Assembly: GCF_009914755.1 (NCBI RefSeq)
Contig: NC_060936.1
From: the human T2T-CHM13v2.0 reference genome, Homo sapiens
DNA length: 64,000 nucleotides
Strand: one strand, 5' to 3'
Position numbers and translations under genes: made by a program. Each line of letters opens with the position of its first letter. Position 1 is the first letter of the stretch. Shown here piece by piece: positions 1 to 13,990 of the stretch. The notes beneath the pieces are model-generated. The model worked only from the letters and a program-made list of their open reading frames with translations, was not told where the DNA came from and did no database searches.

Positions 1-276
1 AACCTCTACCCACTACCCCAACGGGCAGTTTCTAAGTCAAGGTTTATTAACTCTGGAGTTGGACGTGAAGAGGCACGTTGGAGAATGTTGTCCAAGAGGC
101 TCAGTGTCAAGTCTAGTTAGATTAAATGTGGAATCCAGTAACAGGAGACCATATGAGAACACTGCACAGTGAAATGAGGAACAAGCTACTAAGATGGGCA
201 GAATGGTGCAATGAAAACACTACTGGACTAAAAAGACAGGAGTTGAGGGAGGGAAGAAGGCAGAAAAACTAAAAGG

Positions 277-520
277 CCAACATTCATTGAGCACTTAATA
301 TGTACTGGGCACTGTCCTGGATGCTTAGATGTACTTTATTTCATTTAATCTTACAAAACCTTCCAATAAGGATAATATTATTAATATTATTTATAACTTT
401 ACAAATGAGAAGAAAATGGGAATTTCCTAAGGCACACAGATACAGTCTGGATTCAGCAGAATGAGAATTAAAAAAAAAAAAAAAACAGATCTGTCTGACT
501 TCAAAGACCATACTTTTTTT
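277..520 (-). mobile_element. MIR SINE (degraded)
   Basis: AACATTCATTGAGCACTTAATATGTACTGGGCACTGT...TCATTTAATC...TTTACAAATGAGAA...CCTAAGGCACACAG matches the reverse complement of the recalled MIR consensus. Confidence 0.7.
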
Positions 521-1009
521 CATAACTTGTTTTACTGTTGTGCATATAAAATGAAATAATATGCTGTATACAAAGTTGAAAACAAAGCACATTGCAGGTG
601 ATAGGAAGTTTAGTGAATGACGGGAACACTCTTGCAATAGACTAAAGTCAGGGCTGCATAGTTCTTAGTGGCAGTGTGACCTTAGTTAAGTCAGCTTGTT
701 TCTAGGAATCCACTTTTCTCGTTGATAGCATGACAGTTTTTTCCTTCCTCTTGTTACAAGATTTTTTTGTGATGGTCAATTTTTTTTAAATGCTTGAAGT
801 ATGATGTTTTTGCATGTCAAAAGTACATAATGTGGATAGAAGAAAATTAATTTAGTTGAAAAATGTTTCAGTTTTTCTTTGAATTACAATTGATCATTCA
901 GACCTTTGGTTTTAACTAAGAAAAACTATAGTAATATGACGGTATATAAAGAATTTGGAGTAGGAGAAACAATGTAGCCATAACCTACAAATAGAGGCAT
1001 ACTCTAAGG

Positions 1010-1630
<621 letters not shown>

Positions 1631-2409
1631 CTCTGGTAATAAGTGAATGTTTGCTATTGCTTTGATCAGATGGCTGTACATGACAGAACTGCAAGAAAAT
1701 TCTAAACTGCTAGATGATAGTCTCAGTTTATTGCATTTGAAGATGTTTGGGGAATTGTTCAGAATTTTGAATTTCTCCTATAAAACTATATCACTACTGT
1801 TGTGTATTTGTGGAAAGCTGAAAAATAAAACTAAATATATTCTGGATACATTTTTCTCAATTTTTATGTGAGTATATATATATATGTATATACATATATG
1901 TATGCTGAAAACGATATTTATATCTGAGAGATTACCGTTTGTTCAACCTTTGATTTCAGTAGCTGAGTACATTCATTTGGCAAGTCGAATAAGGTCTAAA
2001 GCAGAGAAACAGCAGGAAATCAAGGAGGTACATATATCTCAGTTTTATAACAAAATAAATTTACACACAAAAATGTGTCTAGAAAAAAGATAAGTAGTTG
2101 TTTATAATCCCTTCCTGGGCCTTCTAAAGAGGGTGAATGCCAAGAAAGATCTTTTGTTTTAATGAATAGGGTGGTGGGTGTAGATGCAAACTGGAGAAGC
2201 TCAGGAACCTAGGTGAGTATTCCTGCCTATGCAGAAGGTTGAGAAGACTTGTTATGGGGAAAGAAAGAGGGAGGACGTAGAGATGACAGCTGCCACAGCC
2301 AACAGAAATTGTAACAGAGAGGATTTTCAAAACAATTTTGCTGTATTATACATAATGTTACATCTTACATCCAGCTTCAGCTTCCCAATAAATTTTCAGT
2401 TAATATTAA

Positions 2410-2596
2410 ATATATATATGTATATATATATGTATATATGTGTATATATGTATATATATATGTATATATGTGTATATATGTATATATATGTATATATGTA
2501 TATATGTATATATATGTATATATGTATATATATGTATATATATGTATATATGTATATATATGTGTATATATATATGTGTGTATATATATATATATA
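2410..2596. repeat. Long interrupted (TA)n/(TATATG)n microsatellite
   Basis: About 187 bp of alternating purine-pyrimidine TA/TG units, directly visible. Confidence 0.98.
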
Positions 2597-5183
2597 TTTT
2601 TCCTCCCATTCTTTTGGCATTTGATGGCCAGGTCAATCCTCCTCTTTACATGCCAGATGGGTTTCTGGGCAAGAGCCAGGGGAAGGAAAAGGTCATGGAG
2701 GCCAAGGTACATTATTTTTCTTAATAATTTCAACTTTTATTTTAGATTCAGGAGGTACTTGTGCAGGTTTGTTACATGAGTATATTGTGTGATGCTGATG
2801 TTGATGAATGATCCTATGAATGATCATAGGATGATGATCCTATCATCTATGGTGTGCATCATCCTATCACCTAGGTAGTGAGCATAGTACCCAATAAGTA
2901 GATTTTCAGTTTTTCAGCCCTTGTCCCTTCCCTTCCCTCTCTAGTAATCCCCAGTATCTCTTGTTGCCATCTTTATGTTCATATGTACCCAATGTTTAGC
3001 TCCCACTTATAAGTGAGAACATGCAGGATTTGGTTTTCTGTTCCTATGTTAATTTACTTAGGATGACGGCCTTCAGATGAATCTATGTTGCTGCAAAGGA
3101 CATGATTTTTTCTTTTTCATGGCTGTGTAATATTCCAGGGTGTACATGCATCACATTTTCTTTATCCAATCCACCGCTGTTGGGCCCTTAGATTGATTCC
3201 ATGTCTTTTGCTATTGTGAATAGCTCTGTGATACATATGTGAGTGCACATGTCTTTTTGGTGATGGAATGATTTATTTTTTATTGAGTATATACCCAGTG
3301 ATATGATTGCTGAGTTGAATGGTAGTTCTGTTTAAGTTCCTTGAGAAATCTCCAAATTGCTTTCCAAAGGGGCTGAACTAATTTACATTCCTACCGTCAG
3401 TACATAAACATTCCCTTTTCTCTGCAGCCTCATCAGCATCTGTTATTTATTTTTATAATAGCCATTCTGACAGATGTGAGATGGTATCTCATTGTGGTTT
3501 TGATTTGCATTTCTCTGATGATTAGTGATGATGAGCATTTTTTCATAAGCTTGTTAGCTCCTTGTATGTCTTTTGTTTTTGAGAAGTGTCTGTTCATGTT
3601 CTTTTGCCCACTTTTAGATGAGATTATATGTGTTTTGCTTGTTAAGTTGTTTAAGTATATTACAGATTCTGGATATTAAACCTCTGTTGGATGCATAATT
3701 TGCAGATATTTTCTCCAATACTGTGAGCTGTCTGTTTACTCTGCTTTTCATTTTGCTGTACGAAAGCTCTTTATTTAATTAGGTCTCACTTGTCAATTTT
3801 TGGCTTTGTTGCAGTTGCTTTTGAGGACTTAGTCATAAGTTCTTTGCCAATCCTGTTATCTACAATGTTATTTTCTAGGTTTTCTTTTATGATTTTTATA
3901 GCTTGAGATTTTACATTTAAATCTTTAATCCCATCTTGAGTTAGTTTTTCTATATGGTGAAAAGTAGGGGGACAGTTTCATTCTTCTGCATATGACTATC
4001 CAGTTATCTCAGCACCATTTATTACATATGGAGTTCTTTCCTTATTGCTTATTTTTGTTGACTTTGTCAAAGGTCAGATGGCTGTAGGTGTGCAGCTTGT
4101 TTCTGGGTTCACTTTTCAGATCTATTATTCTGTCTGTCTGTTTTTGTACCAATATCATGCTGTTTTGATTACTGTAGCCATGTAGTGTAGTTTGAAGTCA
4201 GGTAGTGTGATGCCTCTGGCTTTGTTCTTTTTGCTTAGCATTGCTTTGGCTATTCAGGCTCTCTTTTGGTTCAATATGAGTTTTAGAATAATTTTTTATA
4301 ATTCTGTGAAAAAAGACATTGATAGTTTGAAGGAATAGTGTTGAATCTGCAGATTACTTTGAGCAGTATGGACGTTTTAATGACATTAATTCTTTCAGTC
4401 TATGAGCATGGAATGTTTTTCCATTTGTGTCATCTCTGATTTTTTTCAGCAGTGTTTTGTAGTTCTCCTTGTAGAGATATTTTATATCCTTAGTTGGTTG
4501 TATTCCTAGGTACTTTTTTGTGTGGGTGGGTATTGTAAGTGAGATTATGTTCTTGATTTGGCTCTCAGCTTGAACCTCTTTGGTGTATAGAAATGGTACT
4601 GATTTTTATATGCTGATTTTGTGTCCTGAAACTTTACTAAAGTTGTTTATCTGGTCTAGGAGCCTTTGGCAGAGGCTTTAGGGTTTTCTAGGCATAGAAT
4701 CATATTGTCTGCAAAACTGAGATAGTTTGACTTGCTCTTTTCCTATTGATGCGTTTTATTCTTTCTCTTGCCTGATTGCTCTGGCTAGGACTTCCAACAC
4801 TATGTTGAATAGGGTTGGTAACAGGATCCTTGTCTTGTTCCAGTTCTCATGGGGAATACTTCCAGCTTTTGCCCAGTCAGAATGATGTTGACTGTAGATT
4901 TTTTATAGATGACTCTTATTTTTTTGATGTATGTTCCTTCAAGGGCTTATTTGTTGAGGTTTTATAATGAAGGGAGGTTGGATTTTATCAAAAGCCTTTT
5001 ATACTTCTATTAAGATGATCATACAGTTTTGGTTTTTAATTCTGGTTTTGTGGTGAATCACATTTATTTAGTTTTGTGTGTTGAACCAACTGGCATCTCA
5101 GGAATAAAGCCTACTTGATTGTGGTGACTTAACTTTTTGATATGCTGCTGGATTTCATTTGGCAGTTTTTTTTCTTTTTTTGA

Positions 5184-5644
<461 letters not shown>

Positions 5645-6524
5645 TGTTGGGGCTTGTGTGTTTCCAGGAATTTATCCATTTCTTCTAGAGTTTCTAGTTT
5701 GTGTGCATAGAGGTGTTCATAATATTCTCTGAGAATCTTTTGTGTTTCTGTGGAATTGGTTGTAATATCACCTTTGTTGTTTCAAATTGCACTTTTTTGG
5801 ATCTTCTCTTTTATTTGTTAATCTAGCTAGCAGTCTATCTGTCTTGTTTCGTCTTTCAGAGAGCCAACTTTTGGGTTCATTGATGCTTTGTATGGATTTT
5901 GGGGTCTGAATTTCATTCAATTCTGCTCTTATTTTAATAATTTCTTTTCTTCTGCTAGCTTTGGAGTTAGTTTATTCTTAGTTTTCTAGTTCCTCTAGAT
6001 GTGATACCAAACTGTAAATTTGAGATCTTCCTAACTTCTTGAAGTAGATGTTTAGAGCTATAAATTTTCCTGTCAACACTGTTTTTGCTTCATCCAAGAG
6101 ATTTTGCTATGTTGTGTTGACTGTTCGTTTCTTTCAAAGAATTTTTTACTTTCTGCCTTAAATTCATTGTTTACCCAAAAATTGTTCAGAGAAAAGTAGT
6201 TTAATTTCCAAGTAATTGTGTGGTTTTCAGATACCTTCTTGGTTTTGATTTTATTTGTATTCCACTGTGGTCAGAGCATATGGTGGGTATGATTTCTATT
6301 TTTTCTAATCTGTTGAGACTTGCTTTATGGCTGAGCACTATTGTGTGGTGGGCTAAGGCTTTTCATAGATATAGGAGTATTTGTATTATTAATGTGGGTG
6401 CTCCGATGTTGGGTGCACATATACTTAGGATTATTAAATCTTCTTGTTGAATTGAACCTTTCATCATTATATAATGTCCTTCTTTTTCCTATTTTATTAT
6501 TGCTGGCTTAAAGTCTGTTTTATC

Positions 6525-6558
6525 TGATATAAAAATAGCAATGATATAAAAATAGCAA
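6525..6558. repeat. Perfect 17-bp tandem duplication inside L1
   Basis: TGATATAAAAATAGCAA x2 (6525-6541, 6542-6558). Confidence 0.95.
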
Positions 6559-6874
6559 CCCCTGTTCTTTTTTGTTTTCCATTTTCATGATAGATCTTTC
6601 TTTCTCCAGTTCTTTACTTTGAGCCTGTAAGTGTCATTTCCTGTGAGAGGGGTCTCTGGAAGACAGGAGACAGACTTTTTAATCCAGTTTACCACTCTCT
6701 GTGTCTTCTTAGTGAAGCATTTAGACTATTTTCACTCAAGGTTAATATTGTCATGTGTGGTTTTAATCCTATGGTGAAATTATTAACTGGTTGCTTTGTA
6801 GTTCCTGTTATATAATTGCTCTATAGGGTCTGTGAACTATAGACTTACATGTATTTTTGTGGTAGCAGGTATTG

Positions 6875-7255
6875 TTATTTTGTTTCCATTTTTAAAATTC
6901 CCTTAAGGACCTCTTTTAAGCCTGGTCTAATGGAGATACATTCTCTTAGCGTTTTTTTATTGTTGGGGGTGTCTGGAAAACATTGTATTTTTACTTTGCT
7001 TATAAAGCTTAGTTTGATGGGATATGGAATTCTTGGTTGAAATTTCTTTCCCTTAAGGATGCTGAAAATAGGCCCCCAATCTCTTCTGGCTTGTAATATT
7101 TCAGCTGAGACATATGCTTTTAAATTGATGGGATTCCATTTGTGCATGGTCTGAACTTTTTCTCTAGCTGCCTTTAAGATTTTTTCTTTAGCATTGTCCT
7201 TGGGCAGTTTAATGACTATATGCCTTGATGATGTTCTTTTTGTATGGTATCTCAC
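6875..7255 (-). pseudogene. L1 ORF1p relic (RRM/C-terminal domain)
   Basis: Translation RHIVIKL...KEKILKAAREK...SAEILQARRDWGPIFSILK...FQPRIPYPIKLSF is typical of L1 ORF1p. Confidence 0.92.
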
Positions 7256-8051
7256 AGGTGTTCTCTGGATTTCTTGTTCCTGGGTGTCTACCTCTTTAAA
7301 AATACTAGGGACACTCTTTGTACTATTGCTTCAAATATGTTTTCCAGATTGTTTACTTTTTCTCCTCCTCTCTCAGGAATGCCAGTAATTTATAAATTTG
7401 TTTGCTTTACATAATCCCATATTTTTCAGACTTTGTTCATTAAAATTTTTTTTCTTTATTTTAGTCTGACTTGATTAATTCAAAAGACTAGTCTTCTAGC
7501 TCTGTAATTCTTTTTCTGTTTGGTGTAGTATATTGATAAAACCTTCAATTGTATTTTGAAATTCTTTAATTGAATTTTTCAATCCTGGAAGCTCTGACTG
7601 ATTTTCTTTAAAGATGTTTATCTCCTTCTTCATTTCCTGGATTTCTTCAGAAATTTCTTTTTCTTTTTCTTTTTTTTTTTTTTTTTGGCTTTCATCCTTG
7701 TCTTGAATCTTGTTGAGCCTCCTTGCAATCCAAGCTTTGCATTCTTAATCCGTCATTTCTGAGTGTCTGTTTTAGTCAGGGACCATTGCTGGAGATCTAG
7801 TGTGATCCTTTGGTGGAGTCACAATATTCAGATTTTTCATGGTATGAGAAAAGTTGCACTGGTTCTTTCTCATCTGGAGACACTGGCACTTCTAATTTTT
7901 GTAATTATTAATATTTTCATGTGAATAGGATTTTCCCCTTTCTTTCCCTATTATATATATATATATGTTTTTTTTTTTAATTTTTCTTTGTTTTTCTCCC
8001 TAGTGGGTGTAACTGTAAAGAATGTTGGCTAGGGTCTTTTGGCTTTGCTTC

Positions 8052-8317
8052 ATTTTTTTGTTTTTGTTTTTGTTTTTGAGACAAAGTTTCACACTTGTTG
8101 CCCAGGCTGGAGTGCAAATGGCGCAATCTCAGCTTACTGAAACCTCTGCCTCCAGGGTTCAAGCAATCCTCCTGCCTCAGCCTCCCAAGTAGGTGGGATT
8201 ACAGGTGCCTGCCACTACACCTGACTAATTTTTTGTATTTTTAGTAGAGACAGGATTTCACCATGTTGGCCAGGCTAGTCTCGAACTCCTGACCTCAGGT
8301 GATCCACCAGCCTGGCC
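8052..8317 (-). mobile_element. Alu (AluSq-like), slightly 5'-truncated, nested in L1 5' region
   Basis: (TTTTTG)n tail and Alu body. Exact 13-bp TSD TTGGCTTTGCTTC at 8039-8051 and 8318-8330. Confidence 0.95.
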
Positions 8318-8689
8318 TTGGCTTTGCTTCTATAGCCCTATGCACTTCTGTCAGCTGGTTTTATGTTGGACTGTGTGGTTCTACCTACAGGCCAGTAGAT
8401 GGCACTTATGGGTAAAAGTCAGCTCTGGCCAACGTGAACGGGTATATATTTCAACCTTGTTTACTGGGAGGTCTCTGATGCTGCAGGCAATGGGCTGAAC
8501 TGTTTAGTGCACAGTGGTCTTAGCTCCCTACTCACCACCACATGAGGGAACCAAGAGAGTAGGGCCTGGACTGGGCAGGCTCACCTACAGCCACTCAATG
8601 GCAGGTACTAGCACCAGCACCTAATGCGTGGCCACCTAGCGCCCAGAGGTATGTCTAGGCATGGAGCTTGGTAACCTGCTTGGCCCTAA

Positions 8690-9580
8690 GTTCTCTGCAT
8701 GGGGAGGGGTGACGGCCCGAACTCCTAATCCAGTAGAGTGGATGCACCTGGAGATCTTCCTGGGCATGTAGCATAGGGGGCCGTACTGCACCACAGTCTC
8801 TCCACAGAAAGTGTGGGGCAACTCAGGCCACTGACCCAGGCAAGGGGGTACTTCAGATGCCTGGAGATATGCCTAAGCATGGAGTGGAGAGGGTCCTGTT
8901 ACATCACAATCTATGCACAGGAGGGGTGGGAGACTCAGGCTGCTGGTCCATGATAGGAAGTGCTCTGATTGTCTGGAGATCTGCCTGCATGCGTGGAACA
9001 GAAGAGGCCCTGCTACACTCTAATCTATGTACGTTAAGGTGAGATGGCTCAGGCTACTAGTCCAGGAGAGTAGGTGCTCTGAATACCTGGAGTTCTGCCT
9101 GGATGTGTAGCAGAGAGGGCCCTGCTACACCCTAATCTATCCACAGGAAAGGTAGGGTGGCTAAGGTTGCTGATCCAGGCAACAGGGTGCTCCATCTGCA
9201 TGGAGATTTGCCTGGGCATGAAGTGGAGAGAATCCTGCTACAAGCCAATTTATGCACAGGAAAGGTGGGGTGGCTCAGGCTGGTAATCCAGAAGAGCAGG
9301 TGTTCTCAATGGCCAGAAATCTGCCAGGGTATGGAGCAGAGAGGACCCCACTGCATCCCAGTCTATGCACAGGAAGGGTGGGGCAGCTCAGCCTACTGAT
9401 CCAGGAGAGTGGGTGCTCTGACTGCCTAGGCATGGAGCAGAGAGGTCTCTGCTGCACCACAATCTAGGCACAGAGAGGGTGGGATGACTCAGGATGCAAA
9501 TTCATGTAAGTGGGTGCTCCAAATGCCTGGAAATCTGCCTAGGCATGGAGCAGAGAGTGTCCCCTGCACCATGATCTCAG
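8690..9580. repeat. Diverged tandem array of about eight ~113-bp units in the L1 5'UTR
   Basis: Anchor CTGGAGATCTGCC-like motif at 8748, 8861, 8973, 9087, 9200, 9313, ~9421 (partly deleted) and 9527. Confidence 0.9.
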
Positions 9581-10669
9581 GTGAGCAGGATGGAGCTCCC
9601 AGCAAGGTCACACACAGGCCATTTCCAGGTGGCCAAGCTAGGCCTGGCTACAAGTCTCATTGCTCAAGAGAAACTGTCGCTGTAGCAGCTTCCCTCTCAC
9701 CCTAGAACTACACACGGGGAGCACAATTCCAGCACCTACAACTGGGGCACTGTCCACACGCACCATTCAATTCTGGCTATGGAGGCCTCTACTCAGCACC
9801 AGAGCAAGCTCTGCAATCTCTGATCCAAGACTATAATGCCTGCATGGCCATGCTGCTGGGTTGTCAAAGAATTACTGACTTTGTATGCACCTGGATTAAA
9901 AATGGCATCCTGCTCTCCATCCTGAGTCTGGGAAAATGCCTGCAGGAATTCCTGGTATCTTTTCCTCTCAATGTCCCCAAGCCTCACCCCAAGCTAGTCC
10001 CAAGGCTTGGGAGAAACAAAATGCTCTTTCTTGTCCTGGGTTGCATGGATCCCCATTGGAAAAGTGACTCACAGAGGGAGGCTCTCTGCCCACCCCCTGT
10101 TCTGGGTCTTCACTCACTTTTATTTACCAAATGCCTTCCCAGGGGCTGCTTGCCCACCTTCTCCTCCCTGGGGTCTGGGACGTCCTTCACTGTCTTAATG
10201 GGTTCCCGTTTTCCCTTTTGAATTAAAATTCATGCATTTGAATTAAAATGTATGATTTTGCTGTTTCCAAGTGGCTAAGACACACTGCAAGCTTCTAATC
10301 CGCTGTCTTGGAAGAAAAATAATGCATTTTCTGATGACGTAAATACAAAAGTGCTAAGTTCTTACATTTATTAAATGAGTGTAGAAATAAGATCTGGTGG
10401 CTGCATTCACTTTGTCTTCTGACTACCAGTTAATTCAATATTTAAAATTCATTCTTTGGTTTTCATAAAATTACCTATTTTTTTTCTTGGCTCAAAACCT
10501 AACTATATGTCTCTTTCTTTCCAGTCCAGTTTGTCAAATTTCCTTCCTCTAGCTGTCCATTATACATACTCTGTGATTCTGCCCTGTGTTTCCTTATCTT
10601 CTCATCCAAGTTATTTTTTAAGGCAGTTCTGTTCACTGCCATGGCCTAACAGCCTCCCAATAGGCTAGT

Positions 10670-11585
10670 CTTTCTCAAATCTTCCTCAAGCCCTAAGACT
10701 TCTGCTGAATTTCAGACCTGGATATCTAACTGGCAACCAGCTCTATCCACCTGGATGTTTACGTGGGCATCTCTGGTTCATCATGTCTAAAACCAAGCTA
10801 TCATCAACCCTTCAAACAGTTATCTATCCAGTCACTCACACCAAAAAACCTTTTAAAAATCCAAGATTTCTCTTTCCTACTTATCTTCCAGTCAGCCATC
10901 ATGCCTATATATTCTTCTTGCCAAATATCTTTTGAATCTGCCCCTCCTTTAGACTCTTATCACCTATACCTTACAGTTCATGTTACCATCAACTTTTGCC
11001 TATATTAGTACAAAGCCCTTTCTCTTCTTTTGGTCTTACTCCATTATTCCAAAGTAATCTTTTTAACACCAAAATCTTATCTTCAAAATTCTTTAAATAA
11101 TAATTCATTTGCATGTCATCTATACAAGGCCTTTTATCATCTAGCTCATGCCTAGCTTCTGACCTTCTCTTCCTGGTCATTATCACCACCTTCCCTCTCC
11201 TACCCCCACCTCTTGCATTTTACACTCTATTAAATTTTGAAATACTTGTTGATTACCGAATTCTGCCTTTTTAAAATAGTACAGACCTTTGCATGTGCAA
11301 TACAAGGGCATCTCCCCAGTGTGCGTGCTTCACTGCCCTCAGCCATCCAACCCTCAGCTTATATGCTGTCCTCTCTGTGAAGTCTCATCTGCCTCTCTCA
11401 AATAAACTTTAGTGCTTCTTTTATTATTTGTTCATGGCAATTTTTAAATATTTCGATTAGAGTTATTTTACTCTTCCATTTAAATTTGTTTGGATGTATT
11501 TAATTGTTTTACTAAAAAGTTGTAAGAATTGCCTAGAATAGTTCACGTCAGACACAGAGAATATTCAACAGATGTTGGCTGAATT
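10670..11585 (+). mobile_element. L2 LINE 3' region (degraded)
   Basis: TTCAGACCTGGATATCTAACTG...CCACCTGGATG...GGCATCTC and terminal ATTCAACAGATGTTGGCTGAAT resemble L2. Confidence 0.6.
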
Positions 11586-13453
11586 TAGACCAGCACCTAA
11601 ACTAGTTCCTTTCAGGTCATTGGGACTCAATATTCACATTTTAAAGAAAAGATTTTAGAGTATTCTCAACTGGGAGCAATTTTATTTTTTCATTTCTTTA
11701 GAATTTCGGATCAATGTACTTGTGTGAGCTATTTTTAAGATAAATTTTCTATGTGATAATTGTATTTGAATTGATCAGAAACTGAAAGATTTGTTTTACA
11801 GGGATTATTTAAAGCCTGTTGACATTAGACAATTCCTGCATTAAATTTACTGTAAGCTGTAGGAGTGTTTATGATGTAATTCACTTTTCATAGTATTTTA
11901 CAAAGCACAATCATCATAGACCCAGAGTAGATTGTTTGTGCTGACTCCTTTATACATCTCTGAGCCCAGCTTTTCTTCTGGTAACTCTTTTAGTTGAAAT
12001 GGGTATCCTCTATGCGTGCCATTGGCATATCTCCTAGAGACAGCTGCAAAGAGTAGCAAAATCAGGGGGTATGATTGTTCTTCCGTGTATTATGAAGCAA
12101 GCTAGGAAAATTCTGAATGCAAAGTCACCAGGAAGAGATTCTGAACATGGCAGACCCCATGTTGTCTTTCCTAATCCCTAGAAGAAGGAAAAGAGGTAAA
12201 AATATTATGATAAAATCTGGATTCATTTTGCTACTGCCGACAGGGATGAATCTGGTGACTCCCACCCAGAGGTGCTTCCTTGAGAATGGAGAGATGGAAA
12301 ATTGCAATCACAGACTTTCACATTAGGAGTAAAAACTTATATTATGATGGGTGAAAAAACTATGCCTAACGAAGTACAACTTTTAAGAGCTCATAAATCT
12401 TGAGCTCAGTCATAGATTATTAATTTAGAAAAATAACAACTATGTATTCTCAACTGCAAGCTACTCAATATTAATAACATTAGTGTGTATTGTATATCCA
12501 GATAGAGAATCACTAAAGGTTTCAAGCTTAGTGGCAAATGTATCTTTAAATATGCATTTACTATGCTCTCTGTAATAAAATGAAAATCATGGTTTATTTG
12601 ATGGAAAGAGAATGATAGTTTGTAGGCTTTCACAATAAAATGAGAGAACTTGAAACAGGGATTCTCATAAAATGAGATTTTTTTCTAAACTGGAAAATTC
12701 TCTAGCCATAATGACCTGGGTAGGGATGGGAGAAAGAGAATGAAGTGTAACAAGGGCGTAATTTCATTTGAATAAAAGGAATTGGCGACTTATGTCAGAG
12801 AAGCTATGTTAGAGATATCTAACGGCCAACCAGCTCTGTCCATGGATATCTACCCAGATGTTGTTACTTCGTAGCATGGCTCGGGTATTAGTTCTCTCTG
12901 CATCTGCGTGGTGAGTAGCTCTGAGACATATTCTTTTGACCTCTAGGATTCCTTAGGTCATAAAGTGTGTATTTTCTGACCTAACGAGGCAAAAATGTAA
13001 ATGAATGATAGAACATCTTTTTAAAATTGATTCCCAGAGATCTAGAGTGTTTATACACCCTCTCTGTTTTCTTCTCAGAGTTGCAGAAAGCTTCATTTCG
13101 CTACTAAAAGGTTTCCTGATTCCCTTATCTATCAGTAAGAGTAAGCCCAATTCTAAAAAATGTTTTTAGAAAATTACTTTCATCTCTGCATGGCCTGGAA
13201 TTTGCTTGAGGACACCATGAATAGTAGGTCATCACCACTACATTTCAGGAAAGAGAGCCAATGTAACTATTTTTGAACGTCTTTGAGATATGGTTTAAAA
13301 CTATGCTATAAAAAGGAACTTGCAAATCTAATTAATATTTAATTTTAGTCTCACGATGCAAAGTAACCTACATGGACATTTTAATGCCAAACTGCCAGAT
13401 AGGTTGTAAGAATATACTGTACACTCACACCAATAGTGACTGGAAATACCTGG

Positions 13454-13990
13454 TATAGTAGGCAGAATAATGTGCTCCCCGCTGGCCGGCCCCCCACCAA
13501 AAAAGATACTCATACCCTACTCCCAGGATCCTGCAAATATGTTAAGTTGCATGGCAAAGGGGGATTAAGGTTATACTAGAATTAGGTTTGCTAATCAGCT
13601 GACTTTAAAATGGGAGATTTCCTTAAATTTCCTTATCCAGGAGGGCCCAATATAATCACAGGAGTCTTTAAAAGAGGAAGAGGGAAGCAGAAGACAACCA
13701 GAGAGATAGCAGTGTGAGAAGGACTTGGCCCTACATTGCTGGCTTTAAAGGTAGGAGTGAAGGCCATAAGCCAGAGACTGTAGGTGACCTCTACAATCAA
13801 TAAAAGGCAAAGAAGCACATTCTTCCTTAGAGCCTCCAGAAGGAACACAGCCCTGTCAACAACTTGATTTTAGACTAGTGAGACCCATTTTGAACTTTTG
13901 TCCTCTAGATCTTTAAAATAATAAAGTTCTGTTGTTTTCAGGCACTAAGTTTGTGGTACTTTGTTACAGCAGGAATAGGAAACTAATACA
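13454..13990 (+). mobile_element. MaLR solo LTR (MLT1D-like)
   Basis: Start TATAGTAGGCAGAATAAT, internal GCTAATCAGCTGAC and GGGCCCAATATAATCACA, end TTTGTTACAGCAGGAATAGGAAACTAATACA. Confidence 0.88.

Noticed and set aside
2229-2779. Six overlapping Y/I/M/C/H-rich ORFs
   Set aside because: Translations of the TA/TG microsatellite, which lacks stop codons.
8690-9580. Regularly spaced repeat resembling a CRISPR array
   Set aside because: Whole units are homologous with no unique spacers, there are no cas genes, and it lies in an L1 5'UTR.
8636-10221. GC-richer ORF cluster or possible CpG island
   Set aside because: L1 5'UTR sequence with decayed CpGs; the peptides are unrecognisable.
13079-13140. 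Plus-strand acceptor CTCTCTGTTTTCTTCTCAG with downstream GTAAG motifs
   Set aside because: Donors lack exonic consensus and the peptides are unrecognisable; insufficient support.
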